Assembly: GCA_036339735.1 (NCBI GenBank)
Contig: JAYZAL010000079.1
Span: 32,001-96,000 of the forward strand
DNA length: 64,000 bases
Source of the DNA: Candidatus Poribacteria bacterium
Lineage (GTDB): Bacteria; Poribacteria; WGA-4E; UBA9662
Reading direction: 5' to 3'
The position numbers and the translations under genes were made by a program. Shown here one piece after another: positions 10,299-21,063 of the stretch (the first letter of the stretch is position 1; every line of letters starts with the position of its first letter). The notes under the pieces were generated by a model. That model searched no databases. It had not been told where the DNA came from and worked only from the letters and a program-made list of their open reading frames with translations.

Positions 10299-12911
10299 TT
10301 AGTCGTTAGCTAATATCAATAATGGTTTGGTTGTTATGAACTGAGGTAAGTCTTTGGCTTTGTTTAGCGCTATGGATTTTTGATAGAACTTACCTACCAT
10401 TACCCGGTACCAAACTTGGCGAGAACCGGCAGTTGTAATTCTAGAAACCTGAATTGGCTGCGGTAAACTTACTTCTTCTAATCTTCGTGCCAGTTTTATT
10501 GCGTTTTGTTCATTTTGGAACGAGCCAACCAACAAAGTATAATACTCACCTTCCATTAACTGATCTTTTTCGCTGATGAAATCCGAAGAATGTGAAGTCT
10601 CATTCACAAGATCACTTTCTCTTGTGAGTAGAATAATATCAACTCTTCGGTTTCTTTGACGATTCGTATTGGAATTATTAGGCAAGAGCGGGGACTGTTC
10701 TCCTCGACCTATGGCTAATAATCTATCTGGATTTACCTGAAAATGGTCGATTAAATATTGTTGGACAACCTCGGCTCTTCGCTCAGATAGTTCTAGGTTA
10801 TAATTCGCATCCCCTACATCGTCAGTATGACCCTCAATTACTACTTTAGCCTCAGGATATGCAGCGATGGCTTGTGAGATCTCGCCTAGTTCTTTAACAT
10901 AACTTTCAATTTCTATTTCGTATGAGTCAGTATCAAACATAATACATGGGAGTGAAATCACTAACCCACGCTTTTCCTGCCGACTAGAGACTGTTCGTAG
11001 ATCAACAACGGAAATTGGGATGGTTTTTGTCTGACAGTTACCTGCTAAATCACAAAGGGTTGCAACGTAATGATATGTTTCTTTTTTATTGTTGCTCTCA
11101 GAAATAAGGGGGGGCATTTTAAGCTTCCAGAAAAATGGGTTAGGAGGAGAGCCGTACCCACTGGTTTCTTCTAAAACTTTTTTTCCATTTTGTACTAACC
11201 TAACTTCCCAATGAGCAATTGCGGAATCTTCACACCTAAAGTCAATTCCAGGCCGATGACTTGCGTGGCCTTCTACAGACAGAGCGTCATTTACCAAAAT
11301 AATTGGTTCCGCCGATAAACTAAAAGTTGGAGCAACAGTATCAATAATGATGGTTGTTCTGCTATGTTCTACCTTTTCCCCATTTGGCTTCTGCCAAATG
11401 ATCTTTGCTGTATATTGGCCATCTGCTAATGGGTTCTGAGCAAAATTGGTTCCATCCCAGAGCACTTGGTAGCCATTGGTATTTTGGCGAAAGTGAGTAT
11501 ACTTCTGAACAATTCTCCGATATTCATCCCTTATTTCTAGCATCCAGCTATCTGTTTTTTGATTGTTTTCAATTCCTTTAGACGAAGCCCCAAATGTAAA
11601 AGTCACAACATTACTATCTCCATTTAGGCTAGGCGAAAAAATCGATGGGGACGCTATCAGACGTGAACTAAAGTCGAGTGGAGTTGGCAATGAATTAGTT
11701 GTAATAGTTTCAGCTGATCGTATCGGGTTTGGCTCATCATCAATGATAATCTCTCCTATCTCCACTTTCTGATTCTTCTTTTGGCCCCAATTTATGGTAG
11801 CGGTAATCCAATGATCAATTGTTTGAGGCAAATGAGACCATCGAGTATAGGCGTACTCCAATCTCAAGGTTGCTATGGTTCCTCTACTTTTTGATTGCAA
11901 ATTACCAGTCTGAAAGGTTGCACCAATCTGATAAGGGTAGCTTAAATTAGATTTGGATTTCTGGGTTGGAATAGTTAACCCGGCACGCAAGGCGAAGTAG
12001 CCATCAGAAACTTTAATTCCCAGATTGTTCGCTTTAAACAGAGAATTAGGTAATGCAAAGAACCACTGTTCAATACCAAGTTGTACTTTATTGTTGTTAT
12101 TCACCGATGTACCCAAATTCCAACTAGCAGATAGATGAGTTCGAGGTGTGAGATGATAGATCGATCCAAGTTGAGCGAAAGGATTTGTCCGACCATTATT
12201 CTCTTTAGCTAAATTTCCCAGATCCATTAATGCGAAATCGAAGGTTGCAGTTCGGTTCATCCATAAAAAGTTCGGTTGGCGATAGTGTACTCCCAAATCT
12301 AGAGCCATATGAGCATTCATTGTGGCTATTGATTCATTGGAATCAATGTTAAATGGCTGATTTGAAGTTCTAAAGTATCGAATTGTTGAACCTATACCGA
12401 GTTGTGCACTCCAAGGAATACCGTAGCTAACTGCTGTACCAATTTGATGCTTTGACAGATTAGTTGGTTGACCAGACCAATCTTCTCGCCAAACAGCAAC
12501 AGAAACGCCACCTGCAGAACTTAGATTGAACTGTTTCCCGCTAGCTGTAGCAGAAATACCGCTAGCACGCCTGATCGGAACGTAGCTCCTCGTATCTTGA
12601 GGTTGGGATAGGATTGGTGTACCAATTAAAGTAATTTGGCTTTTTTCAAAAAAAGCCAAATTGGCAGGGTTCCACAGGAAGCCATCAGAAATTTGTATGT
12701 TTTCGGCTAACCCTCCAAGGTGTGCGTTGATAGAGACTATTCGCCGGCTATTATCGAAATCAGACGCGCTTTTACTTCCCGCTAGTACCCCTGTGAACGC
12801 CGAAAAAAATGTTATCCAAATAAGCGACCAGATGAACCAACTAAGAATCCCAAAATACTGTATACAGGGATCTTTCATACTCAATTGGCTTACCCCACAT
12901 TTCTTTAACAC
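10299..12911 (-). CDS. PorV/PorQ-like beta-barrel + FlgD Ig-like + OmpA + SPOR domain protein
   Basis: WNPANLA and amphipathic strands; IFSP..NGD..WDG..LADGQY; IEGHTDDVG..NLELSERRAEVV..NRRVDI; C-terminal LVGSFQNEQNA..WYRVMVG. Confidence 0.8.
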   Translation of the reverse strand: MLKKCGVSQLSMKDPCIQYFGILSWFIWSLIWITFFSAFTGVLAGSKSASDFDNSRRIVSINAHLGGLAENIQISDGFLWNPANLAFFEKSQITLIGTPILSQPQDTRSYVPIRRASGISATASGKQFNLSSAGGVSVAVWREDWSGQPTNLSKHQIGTAVSYGIPWSAQLGIGSTIRYFRTSNQPFNIDSNESIATMNAHMALDLGVHYRQPNFLWMNRTATFDFALMDLGNLAKENNGRTNPFAQLGSIYHLTPRTHLSASWNLGTSVNNNNKVQLGIEQWFFALPNSLFKANNLGIKVSDGYFALRAGLTIPTQKSKSNLSYPYQIGATFQTGNLQSKSRGTIATLRLEYAYTRWSHLPQTIDHWITATINWGQKKNQKVEIGEIIIDDEPNPIRSAETITTNSLPTPLDFSSRLIASPSIFSPSLNGDSNVVTFTFGASSKGIENNQKTDSWMLEIRDEYRRIVQKYTHFRQNTNGYQVLWDGTNFAQNPLADGQYTAKIIWQKPNGEKVEHSRTTIIIDTVAPTFSLSAEPIILVNDALSVEGHASHRPGIDFRCEDSAIAHWEVRLVQNGKKVLEETSGYGSPPNPFFWKLKMPPLISESNNKKETYHYVATLCDLAGNCQTKTIPISVVDLRTVSSRQEKRGLVISLPCIMFDTDSYEIEIESYVKELGEISQAIAAYPEAKVVIEGHTDDVGDANYNLELSERRAEVVQQYLIDHFQVNPDRLLAIGRGEQSPLLPNNSNTNRQRNRRVDIILLTRESDLVNETSHSSDFISEKDQLMEGEYYTLLVGSFQNEQNAIKLARRLEEVSLPQPIQVSRITTAGSRQVWYRVMVGKFYQKSIALNKAKDLPQFITTKPLLILAND

Positions 12912-12940
12912 TTCAGTATACTTCTGTTGGTTAAAGACTG

Positions 12941-15517
12941 TTATTCGGATGATGTTTTAGAAAATCGAATGCTGAGTTGAATCACTTTCTGTTGAGCTTG
13001 GCTAAGAGTAATTTGATGGATTGGCTTTTGCCATTTATACGTGTATTCGGCACCCACACAAGCAGTTTCAGTAGGTAAATAATCATCGGGTAAATGAAGA
13101 AAAATATCACCTTTTTCTCGTGGTGCCCGGCAAACCAACAAAAAGGTCTGTCGATCTTCATCCCAGCCAGCTGATAATACATCAGCACCACCTTGCGAAA
13201 AATGAAGATTAGTTGCAAGTAGTTGTGGAATATCTTTTTTCAATCGAATACAAAATAAACGTCCTGATTGAGGAGGAACATCCATCAATGTCACACTGTT
13301 TTGTACGGTTCCTAAAAATTGACAATTCCAAAAATCATGCATTAAGTAATTTTTTGACTTATCTAACCCAATATCAGCTAGACCAAATGTTATTTGGTCT
13401 GTATATTCCTGCCAATTAAATATTCCTAAAATATTCCAGGTTTCGTTCGTAGCCAACTTTTTATCGAGAGCTTTTTTATCGAATGAGGTTTGGTCGACCG
13501 GTAAGTTCCAAATCTGTGGATAGTGGCTTACGGGGTTAGTCCCGGCATTTAAATTAATCGATTTTGCTGGGCCTAATGATAGTGGAAACAGTTTGTCCAA
13601 TATTTCTAAACGCTCAGGCTTCATCTGGTCAAGTTCGTCATTAATTGTGATTGAACCACCAGCAATAGCCGCAAGTGTTGCCGTCAAATGAACATCGTTG
13701 GCCGGATTTGGCTCATCAATAGTAATAGCTCCCAACTCTGCGTTCCAAATTGATTGATTTAGAGGTAAATATTTTGCAAAATTAAACATCGTTTGTTTAA
13801 TATCTCGACGTGAAATCCATAACTGATCACCAATAGTTTCTTGGCTAACAAATTGGTGCCCAGAAAAGAAGCCTGAACTAAGAACGAAAGGTGAGTGTTC
13901 TCCAATCAATTTAACCTCATGATTGCAGTTTTCAACTATCGATACCAGTAGTTCTAGTCCCTTCTTATATAGTTCTACCGATGTTAATGATTTGTTATTC
14001 CAAGTGAAATTTTCTGGATTTTTTAATGGCCCCTGAACATATGGCAAAACGTCAATATACAGGCGGTCAATTCGACAATCATCAACAAGACTTTGCACCT
14101 GTTGGCTAATTTTTTCTTTGGCCGCTGGTTGCGATAGATCAAGTAAGCCAACCTCCAAACCACTTCCAGGTAAGAACAGTGTTGTCTTCCTCTGTCGTTC
14201 GTCGGTAAGTAAAAGGTCATCAGCGTTGTTTGTTGATTCATCGGAAGTTAATAAACAGAACGGAGAAAATCTTAAGCTAGCCTTCAGTCCCCTCTTGTGT
14301 AGCTCAGGCACAGTATTCTTTAGCATGGTCAAAAGTTGATCGTTCGCCGTCAATTTGACATCTTTATTGCGTTTAGGGTCTTTATCAAAACCTATATCAT
14401 CGTTAGCAAACAAACTCGGTAGTGATGCTAATTGAACGTATTCCACGTCATCCAAATAACCAGATTGTTTTTGGTTACCGATAAAATCAATTTTTTTTCT
14501 GATATCCTTGTTAATAGATGTCTTCTGAAAACCTTGATGTGAAGTTTTACTTTGTAAATTCCAGCTTGACCTTGGTGGCATCTTAGCTAAACTAGTTTCT
14601 GCCCCAGAGGAACGTCTCAATGTGGATAATTTACTAATTAGGTGAGCATAATTTTCGAAGGAAGATACTGGATCTTGACTGAAATTCAAATATATTGACT
14701 CTGAACTAACTTCCGTGGCGCGGCTGTTCTTCCTTCGCCCACGGTAGCCTGAATGGTTACCGGCCAAATTGTTACTAGGACAGATGGCATTTTCACAATT
14801 GTGGTAGATTGACCAATCATCGATTCCCAGATCCCCATTTTCGTCGGGGGTTGTTTGACCTTTGTACCCAATTTGAACTGACGACCACCATTTTTGGGTG
14901 GTCAAAAAACCAAAAGATAACGATTTTTTGCTCTCTGGGTGGTAAAATTCACCATGGTAGCATGGAAAGCTGTCGTGGTTTTGGTTAACTTCTACACCTT
15001 TGTATAAAGACGAAATCTCATTTTTGTAAAGCGGGTGAGTATCTAAAAATAATTGATACGATTCTGGTTTACCCGACAGGTATAGTCCACCAGACGTTTC
15101 ACTTGCTTGAGTTAAAGGTGAAGTATTAATTAGGTCAATTTGGCTAAGTCTAATCTGTTTTGGAGACAGATTTTGAACTCCCACAGAAAAAACTAGATAA
15201 GGTTGATCGAAATAGCATTTCAAGTGAAGGTTGATTTTAAGTTTTCGTGAACGAGATTCGTGGGAAAAAGTAACTTGCTGGTATCGGCCCAAAATATCAT
15301 CATTTGGTTGCCGAGTGGTAAATTTCCGGTATTTTGCATCCACAGTTGTCAAAAACGTACCATTATTCAGTATTATCTTTGTATATGCGTTTCTTATAAC
15401 ACCATATCCATCTCTATCATGGTAATGCCAAGTACCAGTTGAGAGGTCAAAATTGATCTGATAGTGTGCAGATTGTACTATCGCTAAATTGCCTCGGCGT
15501 TCAAACATTAAGCTCAT
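12941..15517 (-). CDS. Alpha-galactosidase-like (GH36/clan GH-D) protein, active-site motifs degenerate
   Basis: N-terminal beta-supersandwich-like region, LDLSQP, IFNW..DFW C-terminal domain, PQLLATNLHFSQG. Confidence 0.6.
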   Translation of the reverse strand: MSLMFERRGNLAIVQSAHYQINFDLSTGTWHYHDRDGYGVIRNAYTKIILNNGTFLTTVDAKYRKFTTRQPNDDILGRYQQVTFSHESRSRKLKINLHLKCYFDQPYLVFSVGVQNLSPKQIRLSQIDLINTSPLTQASETSGGLYLSGKPESYQLFLDTHPLYKNEISSLYKGVEVNQNHDSFPCYHGEFYHPESKKSLSFGFLTTQKWWSSVQIGYKGQTTPDENGDLGIDDWSIYHNCENAICPSNNLAGNHSGYRGRRKNSRATEVSSESIYLNFSQDPVSSFENYAHLISKLSTLRRSSGAETSLAKMPPRSSWNLQSKTSHQGFQKTSINKDIRKKIDFIGNQKQSGYLDDVEYVQLASLPSLFANDDIGFDKDPKRNKDVKLTANDQLLTMLKNTVPELHKRGLKASLRFSPFCLLTSDESTNNADDLLLTDERQRKTTLFLPGSGLEVGLLDLSQPAAKEKISQQVQSLVDDCRIDRLYIDVLPYVQGPLKNPENFTWNNKSLTSVELYKKGLELLVSIVENCNHEVKLIGEHSPFVLSSGFFSGHQFVSQETIGDQLWISRRDIKQTMFNFAKYLPLNQSIWNAELGAITIDEPNPANDVHLTATLAAIAGGSITINDELDQMKPERLEILDKLFPLSLGPAKSINLNAGTNPVSHYPQIWNLPVDQTSFDKKALDKKLATNETWNILGIFNWQEYTDQITFGLADIGLDKSKNYLMHDFWNCQFLGTVQNSVTLMDVPPQSGRLFCIRLKKDIPQLLATNLHFSQGGADVLSAGWDEDRQTFLLVCRAPREKGDIFLHLPDDYLPTETACVGAEYTYKWQKPIHQITLSQAQQKVIQLSIRFSKTSSE

Positions 15518-15547
15518 TTATTATAGTTCCTATGTATACTACTAATC

Positions 15548-16294
15548 CTAATCTTCAAAAGGCAAACTGCGGCAATATACTATTTTTGTCAATTGATTTT
15601 TATCATTACTAACTGTTGCCGTCAGTTCAAAAGTTTCATTAGCATTTAAGAAAATTACGTCTTTGAAGGTTAGTTCCCATTCTTTTTCTTTCGATTTCAC
15701 GTAAGCTGATCCCTCAATAATAACGTAAATCGACTCAGTATGCTGTGGTTGGTGTTTGAATGACTGTTCAGCTTCTAGTTGAATAAAATCTAACGAAAGG
15801 TATTTTGCCCCTTTCTTATCTGAAATGACATTTCTCCAATTCCCTGGACGACCAAAAATTGGCCCCCCCTTGCTCATTTCGATTACTTGTACATCGCTGA
15901 TGTGCCCAACTTCAGGCCTTGGTGATTGACCAGAAGCATGATTTCGCTCCCCTCGATAGAGAGCCATGTCAGGTGGTGCTTGAAAGCTCATCATTCTGGC
16001 AGGTTGGCTGGTTGTATTTTTAGTTCCATGAACTTCACCTGCTGGAACAAACATCATTTCGCCAGCCATGATTGGAGTGTATGTGTTCCCTTGCCGAATC
16101 GCCCCCCCTCCCTCGAGACAAATGATAGCATCTTCTGACTGATCGTGAATGTGCTGTGTGAATTCTTGGCCAGGTGCGTGGATGCCATGATTGAGCGTGA
16201 TTTGGGTTGCTCCCATTTCTGGATGGACAACCCGCCAGTTTTTCCCGTCCCCCATTTCAAAAAAAATACCGTCTTCCAAATTAAGGATTTGCAT
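15548..16294 (-). CDS. Bicupin protein
   Basis: HIHDQSE..VPAGEVHG metal motif in the N-terminal cupin; second cupin degenerate. Confidence 0.8.
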   Translation of the reverse strand: MQILNLEDGIFFEMGDGKNWRVVHPEMGATQITLNHGIHAPGQEFTQHIHDQSEDAIICLEGGGAIRQGNTYTPIMAGEMMFVPAGEVHGTKNTTSQPARMMSFQAPPDMALYRGERNHASGQSPRPEVGHISDVQVIEMSKGGPIFGRPGNWRNVISDKKGAKYLSLDFIQLEAEQSFKHQPQHTESIYVIIEGSAYVKSKEKEWELTFKDVIFLNANETFELTATVSNDKNQLTKIVYCRSLPFED

Positions 16295-16352
16295 AACCTC
16301 TTCCTATTTATCTCTTCTTACCAGTCAAAATTACCAAAAACCCATCCCACTA

Positions 16353-17132
16353 TTACCACGTACTTCTGACAGTAATGTCCTGCTGTGCTAAATGGTTTTT
16401 AATACTATTAATTGAGAACTCTCCATAGTGTGTGATTGATGCTACAATTGCGGCATCAGCCTGACTCTCTACAAATACATCCCTCAAGTGTTGTGGGTGT
16501 CCGGCTCCACCAGAAGCAATAACAGGTACTGATACTGTCTCAGAAATCTGTTTGGTCAGTTTCAATTCGTACCCAGCCTTAGTTCCATCTTGGTCAATGC
16601 TATTAACAACAATTTCTCCTGCGCCAAGTTCCACACCTTTTTTTGCCCATTCAATAGCATCAATTCCCATGGGCCTTCTTGCACCGTCGATGTAAATTTC
16701 ATATCCACTGGGAATCTTTGGACTAACAGATACATTTTTCACTTGCATGCTTAGAACAATACATTGACTACCGAAGGCCTTAGCACCTTGAGCAATTAAG
16801 TCAGGATTCCGAACAGCCCCAGAATCAATGGAAACCTTCTCCGCACCAGCCCACAAAACTTTACGCATATCGTCCAAGGTTCTCAAACCACCTCCCACAG
16901 AGAAAGGAATGAATATTTGGTTTGCTACAGCAGAAACGACGTTGATCATAATATCACGTTGCTCATTGCTGGCGGTTATGTCGTAGAATACCAGTTCATC
17001 TGCTCCATTTTCGTAATAAAAATGGGCCATATCGACGGGGTCACCTATGTTAGCGTTACCTTGAAAAGCTATACCTTTCGTGACTTGTCCCTCTCGAACG
17101 TCAAGACAAGGTATGATGCGTTTGGTTACCAT
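16353..17132 (-). CDS. hisF: Imidazole glycerol phosphate synthase cyclase subunit
   Basis: [43 protein letters not shown]. Confidence 0.97.
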   Translation of the reverse strand: MVTKRIIPCLDVREGQVTKGIAFQGNANIGDPVDMAHFYYENGADELVFYDITASNEQRDIMINVVSAVANQIFIPFSVGGGLRTLDDMRKVLWAGAEKVSIDSGAVRNPDLIAQGAKAFGSQCIVLSMQVKNVSVSPKIPSGYEIYIDGARRPMGIDAIEWAKKGVELGAGEIVVNSIDQDGTKAGYELKLTKQISETVSVPVIASGGAGHPQHLRDVFVESQADAAIVASITHYGEFSINSIKNHLAQQDITVRSTW

Positions 17133-17887
17133 TTATCTTTTTCAACTAAATCTAAAAATTCAAGACTTTTCAGTCGTTTATGAGTATGGAAACTAATCAA
17201 GGACGACAAAACAAACCTCATTTCTTTGTGGTTTCGTTGACTAGCATGAATGCGTTTTAGTCGGTCAAAATTGGTTTCTTGAACTCTCCTCATCAACTCA
17301 CAACTGCCACGGGATAAAGAAACTAATTGAGGTGTACTACAACTCGTACAGATAATTTCGCCAGATTGATCGTAATAATGGAGGTTAACATCTTCAACCG
17401 TAAAGAATCTTCCACAGGCACCACAACGGGTGAAATCTGGAGCATAACCGGAAATCTGTAACATTTGCAATTCAAAAGCACGGGCAAAAAGTCTTAGATC
17501 AGTCATCTTTTCGAGACTCCGGAAGGCACGAGTAAGCAAAAGAAAAACATCCGGATTATCCGCTCCGTCAGATTCCATAGCATCCACTAATTCAGAAAAA
17601 TAGCAAGCGTAAGTAAATAGGTTAAAGTTAGTCTTTATTCGATCAAAGTTATCAATGAGATCAAATTCGCGAACTGATTGAAGCTCACGATTAGCTTTTT
17701 CATTGTAAATCAACTCACCACGATTAAGAAGATCAAGTTGACCTCGAAATTTGCTCTTCGCACTTCGAACGCCTCTAGCCACGGCTCGTACTTTACCAAA
17801 ATCCTGAGTGTAAAAAACACAAATCACGGATGATTCACTTAGGGGGTAAGTACGGATCAAGAAGGCTTCTGTTTGACGAATTGCCAT
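17126..17887 (-). CDS. recO: DNA repair protein RecO
   Basis: OB-fold [22 protein letters not shown], CxxC..CxxC zinc finger. Confidence 0.95.
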   Translation of the reverse strand: MAIRQTEAFLIRTYPLSESSVICVFYTQDFGKVRAVARGVRSAKSKFRGQLDLLNRGELIYNEKANRELQSVREFDLIDNFDRIKTNFNLFTYACYFSELVDAMESDGADNPDVFLLLTRAFRSLEKMTDLRLFARAFELQMLQISGYAPDFTRCGACGRFFTVEDVNLHYYDQSGEIICTSCSTPQLVSLSRGSCELMRRVQETNFDRLKRIHASQRNHKEMRFVLSSLISFHTHKRLKSLEFLDLVEKDKW

Positions 17888-17960
17888 GAGGGGTGGATAA
17901 GCTTACAACGAATTGACACTACGTTGTGTCGGTGCCAGCGGCTTGTTGGATAAAGTATGG

Positions 17961-18036
<76 letters not shown>

Positions 18037-18126
18037 ATACAACTTCCGAGCCAGCTAAATCTGAATCCAGCAACAACTACCTAAGGCAATAATCACGCAA
18101 CCAGCCAACTAACCGAACGGATGTTA

Positions 18127-18156
18127 ACTCTATCATACTAACCTGTACATAGTCAA
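18127..18156 (-). promoter_or_regulatory. Putative sigma-70 promoter for tRNA-Pro (and possibly recO-hisF)
   Basis: TTGACT-18-TAGAGT with TG extended -10. Confidence 0.45.
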
Positions 18157-18219
18157 GACGGGCTTCTATTTGCAATGTTTTGACATGCCCTTGTAGCTTG
18201 AAGGAATATTCTTCTTGTG

Positions 18220-18921
18220 TTAGAATGGTAAAGGCGGTTGTGCGTTTTCTTCAGGGGACGATTTTATACAGTCGAGGTCGTCGTTCCCAGGTGAGTTCAC
18301 ACGTTTAGAAACAGGATAAGCAATCAAATCATCATCCTGGTAGGGCCTGAGTAAATCGACTAAATCTTCTGGTCTACAATTCCTTGAGGATAGCCATCGG
18401 TCGTGGTTCTCTGTCTCGATAATGACTGGCATTCGGTGGTGTAGGTTGCTCATGAATTTGTTAGCGCGAGTGTTGATGATTGTGCAAGACTTTATTTCAG
18501 CATTACCATTGGGTGGCAACCAACTCTCCCACAAACCAGCAAAGGTGAATACTTCGTTTGAACTGAGATGAATATAGAAGGGGGTTTTGCTTCCGTCCTT
18601 GTTTTTTACCCACTCGTAAAACCCGTCAGCTAGAATTAGACATCTCTGTTTTTGATAAGGTATTTTAAAGGACATTTTTTCGGCTAATGTTTCGCTTCGA
18701 GCGTTAATCATTCGGTTGCCGACCGATTGGGACTTTGCCCAGTAAGGTATAAGCCCCCAGCGAAAGTTGTGAACGTAATACCTATCATCATTCGACACAG
18801 CTAAAACGGATTGAGTTGGATAGATGTTGTAGCGAGGAGAATGGTCTTCTGAAAAAGAAAAGTGAGGAAAACTTTGAGTTAAGTCTGGAAAATTCGCAGT
18901 TAGCGTGTACCGACCACACAT
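18220..18921 (-). CDS. yedK: SRAP/HMCES (YedK-like) abasic-site processing protein; start corrected to the ATG at 18921 so that Cys is residue 2
   Basis: MCGRY N-terminus, PRYNI, WGLIP, INARSET, DGFYEW, HHRMPVI. Confidence 0.93.
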   Translation of the reverse strand: MCGRYTLTANFPDLTQSFPHFSFSEDHSPRYNIYPTQSVLAVSNDDRYYVHNFRWGLIPYWAKSQSVGNRMINARSETLAEKMSFKIPYQKQRCLILADGFYEWVKNKDGSKTPFYIHLSSNEVFTFAGLWESWLPPNGNAEIKSCTIINTRANKFMSNLHHRMPVIIETENHDRWLSSRNCRPEDLVDLLRPYQDDDLIAYPVSKRVNSPGNDDLDCIKSSPEENAQPPLPF

Positions 18922-18961
18922 ATGAGACACCTACGTTTATGTCTTGACTAATCCGTCTTGA

Positions 18962-18991
18962 ATTTTAGCATAACAACCTGTTTCCCATCAA
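18962..18991 (-). promoter_or_regulatory. Putative sigma-70 promoter for the SRAP gene
   Basis: TTGATG-18-TAAAAT with TG extended -10. Confidence 0.45.
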
Positions 18992-19048
18992 ATACCCCAT
19001 AAAAATTCTTATAGGTAAAAAAATAAATGGTTATATGGTGTTTAATTC

Positions 19049-19756
19049 ATGAAAATCGAAGTTAGGTATTTTGCTTTTTTTCGCCAGCAAATCGGTCGCA
19101 CTAGTGATGAAATTAATTTGCCAAGTCCAGCCACAGTAGCTGACCTTTTGAACTCTTTACGAACAATTTATCCCGAGGTTAAGGATGCATTAAATACTGC
19201 GCAGATTTCGGTTAATATGGAATTCGTTACTTTAGATACACCACTGTCGGCTAGAGATGAAGTCGCATTAATCCCACCAGTATCAGGTGGGAATATGAAC
19301 TCAAACGAATTGGGTTTATTCAAAATCACTGATACAAAAATTACAGTACAAGATGTCATCAAACCAATACGAGGAAACGACGCAGGGGCTGTAGTTACTT
19401 TTCTAGGTACGGTTCGAGATAACACAATGGGCAGAGCTACCGCTTATTTAGAGTATGAGGCTTATACTCCAATGGCGGAAAAGAAAATGGCTGAAATTGC
19501 CAACGAAGCACGAGAGAAATGGGGAATTAAGCGTATGGCCATGATTCATCGTGTTGGTCGACTAGAAATTGGTCAAGTTAGTGTTGCTGTTGGAGTAGCT
19601 TCCCCTCATCGTAAAGATGGCTTCGAAGCTTGCCAATATGCAATGGATCGTCTGAAACAGATTGTTCCAATCTGGAAACGAGAGGTATGGTGTGACGGTG
19701 GGGAGGAATGGGTCAAACCTGATCCCGTCTATTTTCAGAATAGCCCAAAAAGATAG
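19049..19756 (+). CDS. moaDE: Fused molybdopterin synthase MoaD-MoaE (MoaX-like)
   Basis: Ubiquitin-like MoaD ending IPPVSGG followed in frame by MoaE GAVVTFLGTVR, LEYEAY, HRVG, PIWKRE. Confidence 0.92.
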   Translation: MKIEVRYFAFFRQQIGRTSDEINLPSPATVADLLNSLRTIYPEVKDALNTAQISVNMEFVTLDTPLSARDEVALIPPVSGGNMNSNELGLFKITDTKITVQDVIKPIRGNDAGAVVTFLGTVRDNTMGRATAYLEYEAYTPMAEKKMAEIANEAREKWGIKRMAMIHRVGRLEIGQVSVAVGVASPHRKDGFEACQYAMDRLKQIVPIWKREVWCDGGEEWVKPDPVYFQNSPKR

Positions 19757-19776
19757 GTTTACTGAGTAAAAAAACA

Positions 19777-21063
19777 ATGTCAGATGTGATTGAAATCCAA
19801 CCAATTTCCAGGCCTGTTGTTGCTAGTATAGATGTGCCAGGCTCCAAAAGTTACACGAACAGAGCTCTATTGATTGCTGCCCTAGCCGAAGGGCAGTCCG
19901 AACTTTCTGGGATCTTATTTAGTGATGACACTGAGCGGATGTTGGATTCACTGAAAAGACTGGGTACTGACCTTGAAATTGACCGCCTTAACCACTTAGT
20001 ACGTATTAACGGCAACGGTGGTCGTATACCAGTTTCAGAAGCCAATTTGGATATCGGAAATTCGGGGACAGCATCACGGTCTTTAGTTTGTTATACCGCA
20101 TTGGGAAATGGAACTTACCGCTTCGATGGTGCTCCTCCTATGAGAAAAAGCCGACCTATAGCTGACTTATTAGATGCATTACGACAACTGGGTGTATTGA
20201 TCACATCGGAACAAAACAATCAAAAATTTCCTCTGGTTGTTTCTGCTAACGGATTGGATGGTGGTCCCGTAAAGTTAGATGCCAGCAAAAGTAGCCAGTT
20301 CTTAACTGCATTACTAATGGTTGCTCCTGTTACAAAGAAGGGCTTACAGATTGAGCTGACTGACAAATTAATATCACAGCCATATATCGATATTACACTG
20401 TCTATCATGGATCAGTTTGGAGTTGAAGTTGCCAACAATGATTACTGCCATTTTTCTGTCAATGGTGGACAAAGTTATGCATCCCAGAGTTACGAAATCG
20501 AGCCAGATGCCTCAAGTGCTTCTTATTTCTTTGCTTTAGCAGCAATCACCAGTGGTCAAGTTACTGTCAAACATCTCGATATTAATTCTGCACAAGGTGA
20601 TGTTCAGTTTGTTCGAGTATTAGAGGAAATGGGTTGTTCTGTTCGACACTTATCTGATGGTATTCAGGTAACGGGAGGTGATTCTCTCAAGGGAATAAAC
20701 ATTGATATGAACTCTATATCAGACACATCTCTTACGTTAGCTGCTATTGCTCCCTTTGCCAAAAGCCAAACTACTATCCGGAATATTAAACACGTTCGAT
20801 GGCAAGAAACTGACCGTTTGGCAGCTATGGTAACAGAACTTCGGAGACTTGGAGTACCGGTGGTTGAATTCGACGATGGTCTGCAAATCCAACCAGTTGA
20901 CCAAATTCAACCTGCTGAAATTGAAACCTACAACGACCACCGTGTCGCAATGGCTTTCTCGCTTGTGGGTATACGGCAAGCAGGTGTTAAAATCAAAGAT
21001 CCTCGCTGTGTAGACAAAACTTTTCCCACTTATTTTGAGATACTTGGACAACTTGGTGCCTAA
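19777..21063 (+). CDS. aroA: 3-phosphoshikimate 1-carboxyvinyltransferase
   Basis: PGSKSYTNRAL, GNSGTA, SSQFLTALL, ETDRL, DHRVAMAF, KTFP. Confidence 0.97.
   Translation: MSDVIEIQPISRPVVASIDVPGSKSYTNRALLIAALAEGQSELSGILFSDDTERMLDSLKRLGTDLEIDRLNHLVRINGNGGRIPVSEANLDIGNSGTASRSLVCYTALGNGTYRFDGAPPMRKSRPIADLLDALRQLGVLITSEQNNQKFPLVVSANGLDGGPVKLDASKSSQFLTALLMVAPVTKKGLQIELTDKLISQPYIDITLSIMDQFGVEVANNDYCHFSVNGGQSYASQSYEIEPDASSASYFFALAAITSGQVTVKHLDINSAQGDVQFVRVLEEMGCSVRHLSDGIQVTGGDSLKGINIDMNSISDTSLTLAAIAPFAKSQTTIRNIKHVRWQETDRLAAMVTELRRLGVPVVEFDDGLQIQPVDQIQPAEIETYNDHRVAMAFSLVGIRQAGVKIKDPRCVDKTFPTYFEILGQLGA

Noticed and set aside
18922-18930. GTG start given for the SRAP ORF
   Set aside because: SRAP proteins need the catalytic Cys at position 2, so the ATG at 18921 is preferred
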